Virus record (IMG/VR): IMGVR_UViG_3300032272_000004
Length of the DNA: 64,000 nucleotides
Strand: one strand, 5' to 3'
From: an uncultured virus (IMG/VR IMGVR_UViG_3300032272_000004)
Lineage: Duplodnaviria > Heunggongvirae > Uroviricota > Caudoviricetes
The position numbers were made by a program, and so were the translations under genes. Numbering within the stretch: position 1 is the first letter of the stretch; the number at the start of each line of letters is the position of its first letter. Of the stretch, positions 9,455 to 18,056 are shown piece by piece. The notes under the pieces are model-generated. The model searched no databases, was not told the origin of the DNA, and worked only from the letters and a program-made list of their open reading frames with translations.

Positions 9455-10324
9455 TCACTTCCGAGTCAGCAAGGGGGCGGCCCACTTCGGAGGCTTCGGC
9501 TGGTGCCGAGGCTTCCAGAGTCCCATGAAGTTTTTGTAGGTGTCCGCCCGCTGACCTGCCCAGTCCTTGCGGGCCGCAGTCGCCCCGATGTAGCACCGGC
9601 CCCCGGTACCGTAGATCGCGTACATGCCGTAGATGCTCGATCCGCGACATTTCCCCCGGGCGTGCCTTCGAGCCCGGGCCAGCATCCGGCCCCCGATGGT
9701 GTAACACCGCGTCAAGGCCTTTCGGTCAGCTCCCAGCAGGAGCTGCGCAGCCTTTTCGTCGGTCATTCCCCCTTCCGTCTTGCCGGGAGGGGGCGCCGGA
9801 CGCCGCTGCTCAGGCGTCAGCCAGTGGCTGTACTGCTTGATGTAGGCGGGCATGATCTGCATCACGCAGGCCTCGCCCAGGCTCCCGCGGCCCATGGGCG
9901 GGGCGCCCGTCATGATGTCCTCTCGGTACCCGCTCTCCCAGATGCTCGAGCCCAGGAGCGCCATTGCGAGGCTCCGGGGCCCCTCGGGCCAGTGCACCGG
10001 CTTGCAATCCTCGACCACCCTACCGAGCTCGTCCTTACACCGGGTCAGGTAGACCGATGCGCGCACTGCAGCGTAGGCCGCTTCGCGATATCGCTCCGCC
10101 GCCTGGTCGCGGGTTTCGACCGTCACCCAAGCCTTCCGACCTGCCGACCAACGGGGCGGGGCGCAGCGGAAATCGTGCTTGTTGGCGCACTTTGGCTTCA
10201 CTTCGCAGGTGGCAGCCTTCGGATCGGTGCCGCACTCGGGGAGCGTCTCCATCGAGTAGGGCGAGCCGCCGGGCTTGGTGTGAAGGAGCAACAGGACCCA
10301 GATGAATTTGACCAAGGGTGTCAT
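9455..10324 (-). CDS. Secreted Cys-rich protein with lysozyme/transglycosylase-like motifs
   Basis: Hydrophobic N-terminus; WESGY and GEACVMQIMP echo the SLT E-S and GxMQ motifs. Confidence 0.5.
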   Translation of the reverse strand: MTPLVKFIWVLLLLHTKPGGSPYSMETLPECGTDPKAATCEVKPKCANKHDFRCAPPRWSAGRKAWVTVETRDQAAERYREAAYAAVRASVYLTRCKDELGRVVEDCKPVHWPEGPRSLAMALLGSSIWESGYREDIMTGAPPMGRGSLGEACVMQIMPAYIKQYSHWLTPEQRRPAPPPGKTEGGMTDEKAAQLLLGADRKALTRCYTIGGRMLARARRHARGKCRGSSIYGMYAIYGTGGRCYIGATAARKDWAGQRADTYKNFMGLWKPRHQPKPPKWAAPLLTRK

Positions 10325-10370
10325 GGGCTCGCCACCTATCCTGCTTTGGCAGCGAATGCAAACTCCGCGA

Positions 10371-10685
10371 TCAAGCCGGCGCAGCGGCCGGAATCGGCAC
10401 GGACTCCCAAACCCGCGTTCTGGTTGCGGGATCCAGCAAGTCGAGCACCGAGGCGAGTCCAGTACGGACATAATTCTCATCGGGCATCACATCGGGCCGG
10501 CCGTTCTCTGCGAGCAGGAGCCCGATCTCTTCGTAGAGCTGCTTGTCGGAGCCAATGTACGCCAGCTGGGCCTCTCCGAGGTCTCCGGGGGACCACCAGG
10601 GGTCTACTCGGCGCTGAAACTCGGTGAGATCCAGGGTTTCGGCCAAAAACTGTCGCACGTCGTCCCGGAGGCTACTCTTCTGCAT
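10371..10685 (-). CDS. Hypothetical protein
   Basis: ORF in a co-directional gene run. Confidence 0.5.
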   Translation of the reverse strand: MQKSSLRDDVRQFLAETLDLTEFQRRVDPWWSPGDLGEAQLAYIGSDKQLYEEIGLLLAENGRPDVMPDENYVRTGLASVLDLLDPATRTRVWESVPIPAAAPA

Positions 10686-10696
10686 CGGGCGGACTA

Positions 10697-11068
10697 CTAC
10701 CGACCGCCCTGCACGAAGGCAAGGGCGACGAGAGCCGCGACGCACGTGCCGCCCACCACGAACGGCGCCCAGGCCGGATCGGGCTCGACGCCCGCCAGGG
10801 GGAAGCTCTCCACCGCGCTCGACTGGAAGGGCCCGGTGGGCAGGCGACCCGCCTCCTCGTCGTAGGCCAGCCGCAACCGACTCGTCGTGATCGGCACCGT
10901 CGTGCGGGGCGTTCCGGCAGGCATTCCACGCCGATCGGGACGAGCGAGGTAGACCGGGCGCCCGCCGATAAACGCCATCGGCATCGGGGAGCCCTCCTCG
11001 ATGCGCTGGTCGATCGGCAGATCGTCGTAGAGCTTGACCGGAAAGGCGTGCTGGCTGGACCAGGCCAT
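10697..11068 (-). CDS. Hypothetical protein with C-terminal TM anchor
   Basis: Tail WAPFVVGGTCVAALVALAFV; TGATG coupling to the upstream ORF. Confidence 0.65.
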   Translation of the reverse strand: MAWSSQHAFPVKLYDDLPIDQRIEEGSPMPMAFIGGRPVYLARPDRRGMPAGTPRTTVPITTSRLRLAYDEEAGRLPTGPFQSSAVESFPLAGVEPDPAWAPFVVGGTCVAALVALAFVQGGR

Positions 11069-11451
11069 CAGTATTCTCCGCGATTCAAGTAGGGACCGGT
11101 CGCCGTGCTCTGCGGCACGCGCGGCACGATGGTAGTGGGCCACGGATCCCGCGGATTGAGTTCCTCGCGATCCCACCGCGGAGAGCATCCCTGGTAGGTG
11201 TAGCTGAATCGCAGGTGAGCTCGCTCGATAGCCGTCTCCATCGACACCTCGGGGTGCTGGCTTCGGTGCGACCGCACCCAGGTTTGGGTATCGAAACCCT
11301 CCTCCAGCAGCCTTTCGGCATCCTTCAGCGCCGCCTCGAGCTTCTCAGCTCGGCGCTGCTGGCGGGCGCGAGTGCGAGCGGCGTACTTCTCGGGCCGATT
11401 CTTCCATTTGTCTTGACGGTGGCGTTCGCGTGTGGGGGTAGGCAGAGCCAT
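11068..11451 (-). CDS. Hypothetical basic protein
   Basis: Overlapping stop/start junctions at both ends. Confidence 0.6.
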   Translation of the reverse strand: MALPTPTRERHRQDKWKNRPEKYAARTRARQQRRAEKLEAALKDAERLLEEGFDTQTWVRSHRSQHPEVSMETAIERAHLRFSYTYQGCSPRWDREELNPRDPWPTTIVPRVPQSTATGPYLNRGEY

Positions 11452-11963
11452 CAGCGGTTCCTTCCGAAGTGCCAGCCCAGCCCGAGAGCTGCGGCAGAGC
11501 CCACCAGCACCCAGATCCAGGACGATTTCTGGTTGGCGGCGTAGTGATCTAGGCGGATCTGTTCGCATTCGGCCAGCGTGACCTGCTCCGGACAGATTTC
11601 GAGAGGGACGGCCAGGGCACCGGGACGATCGGGCCACTGAAAATGTCCAGCGTCTCCGCAGGGCCCGAAGCCGGAGAAGCGACCGCCCCAGCTACCGCCG
11701 CGAGCTTCCCACCACTCGCCGAGCGATGTGTAGGCCGGACACCCGCCGTCGACGTCGAAATCGACAGCGCGCCCGAGCACGTGCCAGCTCCTGCAGAAAC
11801 GGGCGAAAGTGCTACCAGAAGACAGGGCGTTCTGGTCAGCGCAGGTGCGGCCGACGCTGCGAATTCGTGGGTTGAGCCCCCGCCGAGTCGCCTCCGCGAT
11901 CAACGCATCGAAATGCCCCCGCACGGTCGGCACCAGGTCGTCGAGAGTACCCGTCGGAGTCAC
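11451..11963 (-). CDS. M15-family peptidoglycan endopeptidase with C-terminal TM anchor
   Basis: RTCADQ, SWHVLGRAVD (SxHxxGxAxD), WGG, DAGHFQ; hydrophobic tail. Confidence 0.85.
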   Translation of the reverse strand: MTPTGTLDDLVPTVRGHFDALIAEATRRGLNPRIRSVGRTCADQNALSSGSTFARFCRSWHVLGRAVDFDVDGGCPAYTSLGEWWEARGGSWGGRFSGFGPCGDAGHFQWPDRPGALAVPLEICPEQVTLAECEQIRLDHYAANQKSSWIWVLVGSAAALGLGWHFGRNR

Positions 11964-11980
11964 TCGGACAGTCTACAGCC

Positions 11981-12009
11981 TTGACAGGTGCCGCGTCGAC
12001 ATGCACCCT
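11981..12009 (+). promoter_or_regulatory. Promoter for the tRNA-like/Pth2 unit
   Basis: TTGACA-17 nt-CACCCT; same arrangement as 63358-63386. Confidence 0.55.
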
Positions 12010-12212
12010 GGGAGCTACATGGATTGACCGTCACCCTACGGGGAACTATCAACCACACGCCCCCCCTGTTGCTTCGGTGGCAGGGTCGAAGCCGTTCGGT
12101 GTTCTTTCCGAGCTTCCCGCGTCTGTGCGGGCGGCGTCTCAGGAAATTGTGCTGCGCGGCTTCTGTCTTCAAGCCCGAGCCCTCGTCGTCGCTGCGACGC
12201 TGTGGCTCTCCA
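12010..12212 (+). ncRNA. Candidate structured RNA/leader ending in CCA
   Basis: CCCTGTTGC-TTCG-GTGGCAGGG hairpin; GAAGCCG/CGGCTTC helix enclosing three hairpins; ends TCTCCA one base before the first tRNA-like gene. Confidence 0.4.
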
Positions 12213-12213
12213 A

Positions 12214-12298
12214 GGGCGTTAGCTCAGAAGTAGAGCGTCGACTCCTCGCGGATGCTGGAGTCGAAGGACGCAGGGTGCAATTCCCAGCACGCCCACCA
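12214..12298 (+). tRNA. Aberrant tRNA-like gene 1 (expanded anticodon arm)
   Basis: GGGCGT/ACGCCC acceptor plus ACCA; D-arm GCTC/GAGC; anticodon arm TCGACTCC-11 nt-GGAGTCGA; T-loop TGCAATT. Confidence 0.7.
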
Positions 12299-12299
12299 A

Positions 12300-12377
12300 G
12301 CATCGGTAGCTCAGTTGGTAGAGCGCCCGGGAGGATCACCCGGGATGTCGCAGGTTCGAGCCCTGCCCGATGCGCCA
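12300..12377 (+). tRNA. tRNA-like gene 2, non-canonical anticodon loop (central GAT)
   Basis: GCATCGG/CCGATGC acceptor, G discriminator, CCA; TAGCTCAGTTGGTAGAGC; CCCGGG-AGGATCA-CCCGGG; GCAGG-TTCGAGC-CCTGC. Confidence 0.85.
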
Positions 12378-12378
12378 C

Positions 12379-12456
12379 GTGTGAGTAGCTCAGTTGGTAG
12401 AGCGCCTGGGGAGATCACCTGGGATGTCGCAGGTTCGAGCCCTGTCTCACACTCCA
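12379..12456 (+). tRNA. tRNA-like gene 3, non-canonical anticodon loop (central GAT)
   Basis: GTGTGAG/CTCACAC acceptor, T discriminator, CCA; D- and T-arms nearly identical to gene 2; CCTGGG-GAGATCA-CCTGGG. Confidence 0.85.
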
Positions 12457-12457
12457 A

Positions 12458-12646
12458 ATGGACCGTTACAAAGCACTGCTGAACGAGTTGCTCGATCAGC
12501 GAAAAGCCAACGGTGGGGAACTGCCCATCGAGACGGAATCCGACTACGTCGCACGACTCGATGCCGTTTGGCGCGAGCTCACATCAGCAGAGCAGGACTC
12601 ACTCGAGTCGCAATTCGCAGAAGGAAAGACAGGACATGCACGATAA
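12458..12646 (+). CDS. Small acidic helical hypothetical protein
   Basis: ATG one base after the last CCA; 62 aa; overlaps the Pth2 start. Confidence 0.55.
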   Translation: MDRYKALLNELLDQRKANGGELPIETESDYVARLDAVWRELTSAEQDSLESQFAEGKTGHAR

Positions 12647-12968
12647 AATCCACGTCGTCATCCGCAAGGACTTGGACTTTGGCCCCCAGCTGGCCCAGGC
12701 CGTCCACGTTGCCATGAAGCTCGAGCGCAATCGCCCCGAAGAAGCCGAGTACTTGGACACCGAAAACGTCGTCGTCCTCCATGCGCAAGACGAGCCCCAC
12801 CTCCAGGAGGTGCTCGACAAGCTCGAAGCGACCCCCACGGCCACGGTCCAGGCCTTCCGGGAGCCGGACTACGACAACCAGCTCACCGCGGTGGCGGCGT
12901 GGCGGGGGGGCCGGCAGCTGAGCCAGCTCCCTTGCGCGGAGCGCAAGCGCAAACGCCACCCGCACTGA
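12636..12968 (+). CDS. Pth2-like peptidyl-tRNA hydrolase
   Basis: HVVIRKDL..GPQLAQAVHVA, VVVLHAQDEPHL and FREPDYDNQLTAVA match the PTH2 family pattern; AGGA RBS. Confidence 0.8.
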   Translation: MHDKIHVVIRKDLDFGPQLAQAVHVAMKLERNRPEEAEYLDTENVVVLHAQDEPHLQEVLDKLEATPTATVQAFREPDYDNQLTAVAAWRGGRQLSQLPCAERKRKRHPH

Positions 12969-13091
12969 GCTGCTCTTGCTTCAGGTCCCGGAGACGGTTG
13001 ATGTACGCATCGGCGCCGCCAGTCTTCACCAGCCACTCCGGGTAGCCCGCGATCAGTTTCTCGAGGTCGAGAATGTGCTCGTCGAGAAGAG

Positions 13092-13793
13092 TCACTGCAG
13101 CGCCGCCACCACGCGGGGGTCCACCCAGGGCTTGCCCTCTTTGATGTCCTGGTAGTCGTTGTCGGCGAGGATCACCCAAACGTGGGGCTCGCCGGCCACG
13201 AGTGACCCGAATGCACGATGGTTGCCGTCCCGGATGGTGACCACCATGGCCCCGAGATCCCCGTCCTTTGCCTCGACCGCAGCAGCGAGCTCGGTCTCGA
13301 AATACGACTTGGCTGCGGCCGGGGAAATGTCCTCCATCTCGGCGCGTTCTTCGATCGCTGCGCCGGGATCGACAATGAACGCGTCGAGGTCATCGTCGCC
13401 GGCGGTGTAGGCCTCGAAGCCTGTGTCGTCCGCGTACTCGACCGACTCCTTGATGTCGTCTGGGTCAATGAACGACACGGTGCCGTAGGGAGCAACAAAC
13501 CCGACGCGCTCCGTCGCGTCCTTGACCCCCGACACGACCGAGGCGAGCTTGTCCGGGTAGAAAATGTTGCCGTCGAGGTGCAGCACGTACTCCGGGTCGA
13601 CCTGCAGCATTCGCCCTTCTGCTCCGATCCAAATGACGTTTTTTCCCGCGTAGTAATCATACACTTCGTCTGAGAACTCATCGAAGATCTCCCCGCTCGC
13701 GCTCAAGGGATAGTGATCCTCGAAATCCCCCTCACCCGAGGCCGCGACCTCTTCGATCGAAGGCAGGTGGCCCGGGTTGGCTTCGTGCGTCAT
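13092..13793 (-). CDS. Acidic protein with ParB/Srx-like DGNHR motif
   Basis: VTIRDGNHRAF near the C-terminus; AAGGAG RBS. Confidence 0.55.
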   Translation of the reverse strand: MTHEANPGHLPSIEEVAASGEGDFEDHYPLSASGEIFDEFSDEVYDYYAGKNVIWIGAEGRMLQVDPEYVLHLDGNIFYPDKLASVVSGVKDATERVGFVAPYGTVSFIDPDDIKESVEYADDTGFEAYTAGDDDLDAFIVDPGAAIEERAEMEDISPAAAKSYFETELAAAVEAKDGDLGAMVVTIRDGNHRAFGSLVAGEPHVWVILADNDYQDIKEGKPWVDPRVVAALQ

Positions 13794-14455
13794 TTGAACC
13801 ACTCCTTCAGATCCTCGCGGTCCTCACCGTGCCACTCCGACAACGAACTCGGCCAGTAGTGGTGCTCGTGAGGGTCCTCCACGGTCGCCCACCCCTCGTG
13901 GGCCACGACCACGTGACCCAGAAACTCGATACCCAGACAATCGGCTATCTGGCGTGCGGCTCGGGTCATTTCCTGGTCCGCACTGCTTGGTGCCGGGCGA
14001 GCGCTCGGGTGGTTGTGACAGAGGTACACCCCAGACGCGCCCGACAGGACCGCCACCTTGAACAGCTGCCGGGCCTCGATCGCGATCGATGATGCCCCAC
14101 CGACCGCCACCTCGTGGATCGCCAGCAGGCGCCGCTCGGCATCGACGCAGAAGGCCATCTGGTGCTCCACGTCGCTGTCGGCGTGGTGGCTGGCCAGGTA
14201 GGCGACCTCGTGGGCCGACGGCAATCGAGGGCGCTCCTGCTCCCCCGTGAAGGCTCTCGGGCGCACGAGCGCGGTCCGCACGAGCAAGAGCTGGGGGACC
14301 GATTCCAAATGCGGAAAATGGCCGCGGGGGTTGGGCTTCATCGCGTCGTCCACCAGTACGATGTCAGGACCCCCGAGTTCGCTGATCGCGACGGCGTACT
14401 CCTGCATGGTCGACGCCTGCTCCACCGCCCGCTCTGCCGCTGCCTCGCTGATCAT
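13790..14455 (-). CDS. RadC-like JAB/MPN protein (copy 2)
   Basis: DVEH, LCHNHPSARPAPSSAD, FLGHVVV. Confidence 0.85.
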   Translation of the reverse strand: MISEAAAERAVEQASTMQEYAVAISELGGPDIVLVDDAMKPNPRGHFPHLESVPQLLLVRTALVRPRAFTGEQERPRLPSAHEVAYLASHHADSDVEHQMAFCVDAERRLLAIHEVAVGGASSIAIEARQLFKVAVLSGASGVYLCHNHPSARPAPSSADQEMTRAARQIADCLGIEFLGHVVVAHEGWATVEDPHEHHYWPSSLSEWHGEDREDLKEWFK

Positions 14456-15168
14456 CGGAGCCTCGTTTCCTTGCCCGCTCCGGTGTACTTGAGGCTTGCC
14501 CAGCTGGTCCAGTCTTCCTCGGGAAGCGAGAAATACCCTTCGGACGTGGTCACGATGACATCGAGCAGCGTAACTGCGGTGCAGCCGACCTTTTTGTGGA
14601 GCCGCTTGATCAGACTGACGGTCCGGGACATCCGGGTGAAACCAGACCCCAGCAGTTCGTCGCCGCCCACCATCACGATCACCGCTTGCGAGCCCCCAGT
14701 CATAATCACTGTCTGGTAGAGTTCGCGGGCCAGGCGGTTCAGATCAAACACCTCGCGCTCGCCGCGACCCACCTCCCGCAAACCCACCACCGTGAGGGCC
14801 GCATTGAAACTGAGCACGTAGGCCACGGGGGGGACCTGCTGTAGCGATTGGGCGATCACGCCCATATCGTAGCGGCCCTCCACGCGAGGAAACTGGTAGG
14901 GCTCGAGACCTTTCGCACGCACGAGAGCAGTCCGCACCAGCAGCCAGCCGTAGCCCAGGTAGGGGTCGTCGAGGTCGAACTCCTCGCTGCTGTTGGAACG
15001 AAAACGCTCGAACAACTCAGCATCGACGATGACCTCGTCCGCGCCGGTCTCGGGACCCGGACCTGCTGACTCCATCCCCATGGCTAGCCCCGCACCCGCT
15101 CCAGCGCCGGCGCGATCAGCAGACCGATACCGATGCCCCCGAGGACTCCGAACATCAGTCCAGCCCAA
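14452..15168 (-). CDS. Degenerate RadC-like protein (copy 3, HxH lost); start uncertain
   Basis: Shares LLVRTALVR with copy 2 and ends TLLDVIV..EGYFS, but VIVMVGG replaces the HNHP motif. Confidence 0.6.
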   Translation of the reverse strand: MGWTDVRSPRGHRYRSADRAGAGAGAGLAMGMESAGPGPETGADEVIVDAELFERFRSNSSEEFDLDDPYLGYGWLLVRTALVRAKGLEPYQFPRVEGRYDMGVIAQSLQQVPPVAYVLSFNAALTVVGLREVGRGEREVFDLNRLARELYQTVIMTGGSQAVIVMVGGDELLGSGFTRMSRTVSLIKRLHKKVGCTAVTLLDVIVTTSEGYFSLPEEDWTSWASLKYTGAGKETRLR

Positions 15169-15201
15169 AAGTTGGCGCGAGCTTCCGTAGTCATCAGCTA
15201 C

Positions 15202-15399
15202 CTAGTCCTCCCATTGCTTTTCCGAAGCGATACCCACCGCGACAAACGCTCCGAGAAAGAATCCGGCGACAATGCCGGTACCCAGGCCGATCACGAGCGG
15301 AATCGCACTTTGTTTGCAAGGCCCGCACTCCACGACTTCCGCCTGTACGCCACTGCCCGCGTTCGATTCAACCCCGAGACCCGCGCTTGTGTATGGCAT
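15202..15399 (-). CDS. Small membrane protein
   Basis: Single long hydrophobic helix. Confidence 0.55.
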   Translation of the reverse strand: MPYTSAGLGVESNAGSGVQAEVVECGPCKQSAIPLVIGLGTGIVAGFFLGAFVAVGIASEKQWED

Positions 15400-15408
15400 C
15401 GGTCAAAT

Positions 15409-16233
15409 CTACGGGATAGGAGCGGGGGAGTCCATCCAGGCAGCCCGAAGCCGGGCAGCCTCTTTGCTCGCCTGCTCCAGGGCCACGGCAAAGCCCCGCG
15501 TTTCGGCGACCGGACCCTCCGGATGGGTGGCCTCGGCGCTGACGACCAGGGCGTTGAGCTCGAGTGTGAGGTTGCCCAGCACGTTCTCGGAGAGCTGCAG
15601 CACGCCGTCGACCGCCGGCGGCGACGACTTGGAGGGCCGGAGCACGTCCAGGTCGACCACGATATTCTGGTCGAGGGGGGGCTCGTAGATGCCCGGGATG
15701 CCCTTCTCGCCCTCGTGCTGCCAGACATCCCAGCGCACGTCCGGCGGATCCGGGCGGTAGGCGGCGATCCACTGCACGAGCTGCTCGAACACCTGGGCCC
15801 GGGAGCCGAAGCGCCGCCATTCCTTCAGGAACGCGAGACCGGTGTAGCCGATGCACCCACCGTACTTGGCGATCGTGCGGCGGCAGAGTTCGATTCCAGC
15901 CTTGTCGAAGCGGTCCCAGTTGGTCTTGGCCTCGAACTGCCACTCCAGATCGATCGTCGGATAGACGTCGATGCCCCCGACCAGCCGAATCTGCTGGTCC
16001 ATCGCCTTGAACTGTGGCTCGGCCTCCTCGCCCTGCCGAAAGAAGCAGTAGGCTCCCGTAGCCATGCCGACCTTGCGAGCGGCTTCGAGGTGCCGATAGA
16101 ACTCGCTGTCCTTGCGGGTGCCGTAGCAGGCCCGGGCGATGCACAGGCCGTAGCCCGCGTCGTAGAGATCCTGCCACGGGAGAAAGCGGGCCTTCTGGTG
16201 GTGGCTGACGTCGATGGCAAAGGTGCGGGCCAT
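15409..16233 (-). CDS. GH25-family lysozyme (endolysin)
   Basis: AIDVSHHQ, GAYCFFR, PTIDLE (DxE), WDVWQH, LDQN. Confidence 0.85.
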   Translation of the reverse strand: MARTFAIDVSHHQKARFLPWQDLYDAGYGLCIARACYGTRKDSEFYRHLEAARKVGMATGAYCFFRQGEEAEPQFKAMDQQIRLVGGIDVYPTIDLEWQFEAKTNWDRFDKAGIELCRRTIAKYGGCIGYTGLAFLKEWRRFGSRAQVFEQLVQWIAAYRPDPPDVRWDVWQHEGEKGIPGIYEPPLDQNIVVDLDVLRPSKSSPPAVDGVLQLSENVLGNLTLELNALVVSAEATHPEGPVAETRGFAVALEQASKEAARLRAAWMDSPAPIP

Positions 16234-16944
16234 CTAGTCCTCAGTGCGCCAGGAGTCGTCCGAGAGGGCCTCGGCGAGCGACTGGTTGAGGGTGAGGGCC
16301 AAGAGGCCTTCGAGTGCGTGCAGCTCCTGCTCGTCCAGGAGACTCACCGCCGGCGCGACGCCCGAAACCGCGTTGAGCATCGGATACCGAATGAAGCCCA
16401 AGAGGCGCGGTGCCGACACGAGGGTGTCCTGCTCGCGCCACTTCTTCGCGACCTCGTTGGCCCCGAGGTTTCCAAAGCCCAGGAAATCCGTCTGCCTCTC
16501 GCTCGTGATGGGGGGCACCTTGTAGGCGAGCCCCGACACTCGATCTACATGCCCCCACCAGTTCGTTTCCGGACGGCCGGGCTTGCTGCGGTCGTAAATC
16601 GCCAAGTCGCCAATATCCGGCATCCCGCGTCCGGCCCGCACATCCGCGATCGACAACCAGGTGCCGCGGCGAATAGCGTCCCGCATCAGCTCCTTGGCCC
16701 CCGCCCGGGGCCGGTGAGGCCAGAGCGGCTCGGGAATCGTCGCGACCATCGCCGCCGAGGCGCCGGCGGCGCAGTGGTTCCAGCTCTCGAGGGCGGAGTC
16801 GGGAGTGTGAGGGCCCACGAGCTTCACCCCGTTGCGCTCGCAGAGCCGAAACCACTTGGCCCGGGTCGCCACCGTGGGCGGGTTCTCGCGAGCCATCTCG
16901 GCCTGGCTCCACTCCAGCGCCTTCACGCCACCGCTCAGGCTCAT
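16234..16944 (-). CDS. CHAP/NlpC-like amidase
   Basis: WNHCAAGAS (Cys), PDIGDLAIYDR, WGHV (His), GANE, LLGFIRYP. Confidence 0.65.
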   Translation of the reverse strand: MSLSGGVKALEWSQAEMARENPPTVATRAKWFRLCERNGVKLVGPHTPDSALESWNHCAAGASAAMVATIPEPLWPHRPRAGAKELMRDAIRRGTWLSIADVRAGRGMPDIGDLAIYDRSKPGRPETNWWGHVDRVSGLAYKVPPITSERQTDFLGFGNLGANEVAKKWREQDTLVSAPRLLGFIRYPMLNAVSGVAPAVSLLDEQELHALEGLLALTLNQSLAEALSDDSWRTED

Positions 16945-17756
16945 CCGACCGTCCTCTCGAAGATCGTGCCGTCGGCGAGCTCGACCTGGTCGACGAACTC
17001 CACGAAGGGCTGGCGGTCGAGCTTCAGCAGTTCGTGGCTCACGAGGTGATAGAGGTCTGGGTCCTGGGCAATTTGGATCGTCGGCAGCGGCTGCAGCACC
17101 TCCCCGTCGATCGCTCCCACCAGCGTGGTGCCGTACATCAGCCGCTCGACCTGCGAATTGTCGATCTGCCAGTACCCGACATGGCCGGCTCCCGGAGGCT
17201 GCCAGAGCTTCAGTCCGGTGACGCTGCGGCTCGGGGCGCCCAGCGCAAACCAGCCGTAGTTGATACTGAACGGCGCCGGGTGCGACTCGAGCAGCCGGTT
17301 GCTGAGCACGAAGTGCTTCCCCACACACGAGACCAGCTTGTTTCGCCAGTCCGGGTCCAGGGCGGTGAGTGCCGCGTCTTCGACTCGGGCGTAGTCACGC
17401 GCGGCTTGCCACAGGGCTTCCTCTTTCGTAGCTCCCGCCCGGGTGTACTTCAACGTCAGCTCCGCGACGATGACACCGTCGACCTGAGTGATCGCATCCA
17501 TCCGCACCTCGGACTGCATATCGATCAGGTCCAGGACGTAGGGGGTCAGCAAACAGCTGTCGAGTACGTCAGCCATCTGCTGGAGCTGCTCGGCGGTGCA
17601 AGCCGGCCGACGGTTCTCGATGTAGAGGGCGTCTTTCCAGACCGGAATGATGGCTCGCCGGCCTTCGTGCGTCGACTCGACCGTGCCCCACTCCCAGCCG
17701 CCGGCAGGGTGCTCGGGGAGGGTCGTGAGCCAGCTTTCGACTTCGCTAGGGTGCAT
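16941..17756 (-). CDS. Hypothetical protein (NYGW..WQP..H..D.SQ motif)
   Basis: ATGA coupling to the next gene; CACACT -10 element 6 nt upstream. Confidence 0.65.
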   Translation of the reverse strand: MHPSEVESWLTTLPEHPAGGWEWGTVESTHEGRRAIIPVWKDALYIENRRPACTAEQLQQMADVLDSCLLTPYVLDLIDMQSEVRMDAITQVDGVIVAELTLKYTRAGATKEEALWQAARDYARVEDAALTALDPDWRNKLVSCVGKHFVLSNRLLESHPAPFSINYGWFALGAPSRSVTGLKLWQPPGAGHVGYWQIDNSQVERLMYGTTLVGAIDGEVLQPLPTIQIAQDPDLYHLVSHELLKLDRQPFVEFVDQVELADGTIFERTVG

Positions 17757-17796
17757 TCCCGCAGTGTGCCACAAACGGGTGTCGCGGGGGAAGCAC

Positions 17797-18054
17797 CTAG
17801 TAGGCTTGGCCGATAGCGCCGTTCGGAGGACGCGCCGATGTCGACAGGTGTTTCCAGGGTCCCATGAGGGAGGGGTTTTCTGCCGTCCCTCCCACCATGG
17901 CGAGATAGTCGTGCTGGACCTGGCCCGTCGGGAGCTGGTAGCGGCGTACCACCCGGCGATTGCCCGGGTCCTTCGCGAAATGCACGATGGTGCCCGCCGT
18001 CAGGCCGCCACTCCACGTCCCGTGTCGGTCACGCTCAAAATTCAGTACTGGCAT
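17797..18054 (-). CDS. Hypothetical protein
   Basis: GAGGG RBS; follows the upstream stop directly. Confidence 0.5.
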   Translation of the reverse strand: MPVLNFERDRHGTWSGGLTAGTIVHFAKDPGNRRVVRRYQLPTGQVQHDYLAMVGGTAENPSLMGPWKHLSTSARPPNGAIGQAY

Positions 18055-18056
18055 CT

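Noticed and set aside
12300..12456. Ordinary tRNA-Ile(GAT) genes
   Set aside because: GAT is central, but U33 and purine-37 are missing, the arm is 2 nt too long, and the discriminators are G and T rather than A.
12883..13179. Minus-strand ORF overlapping the Pth2 3' end
   Set aside because: A short gene from about 13095 is possible, but it overlaps Pth2 convergently and has no motif support.
15133..17049. 638-aa plus-strand ORF
   Set aside because: Antisense to the GH25 and CHAP-like genes; no recognisable motifs.
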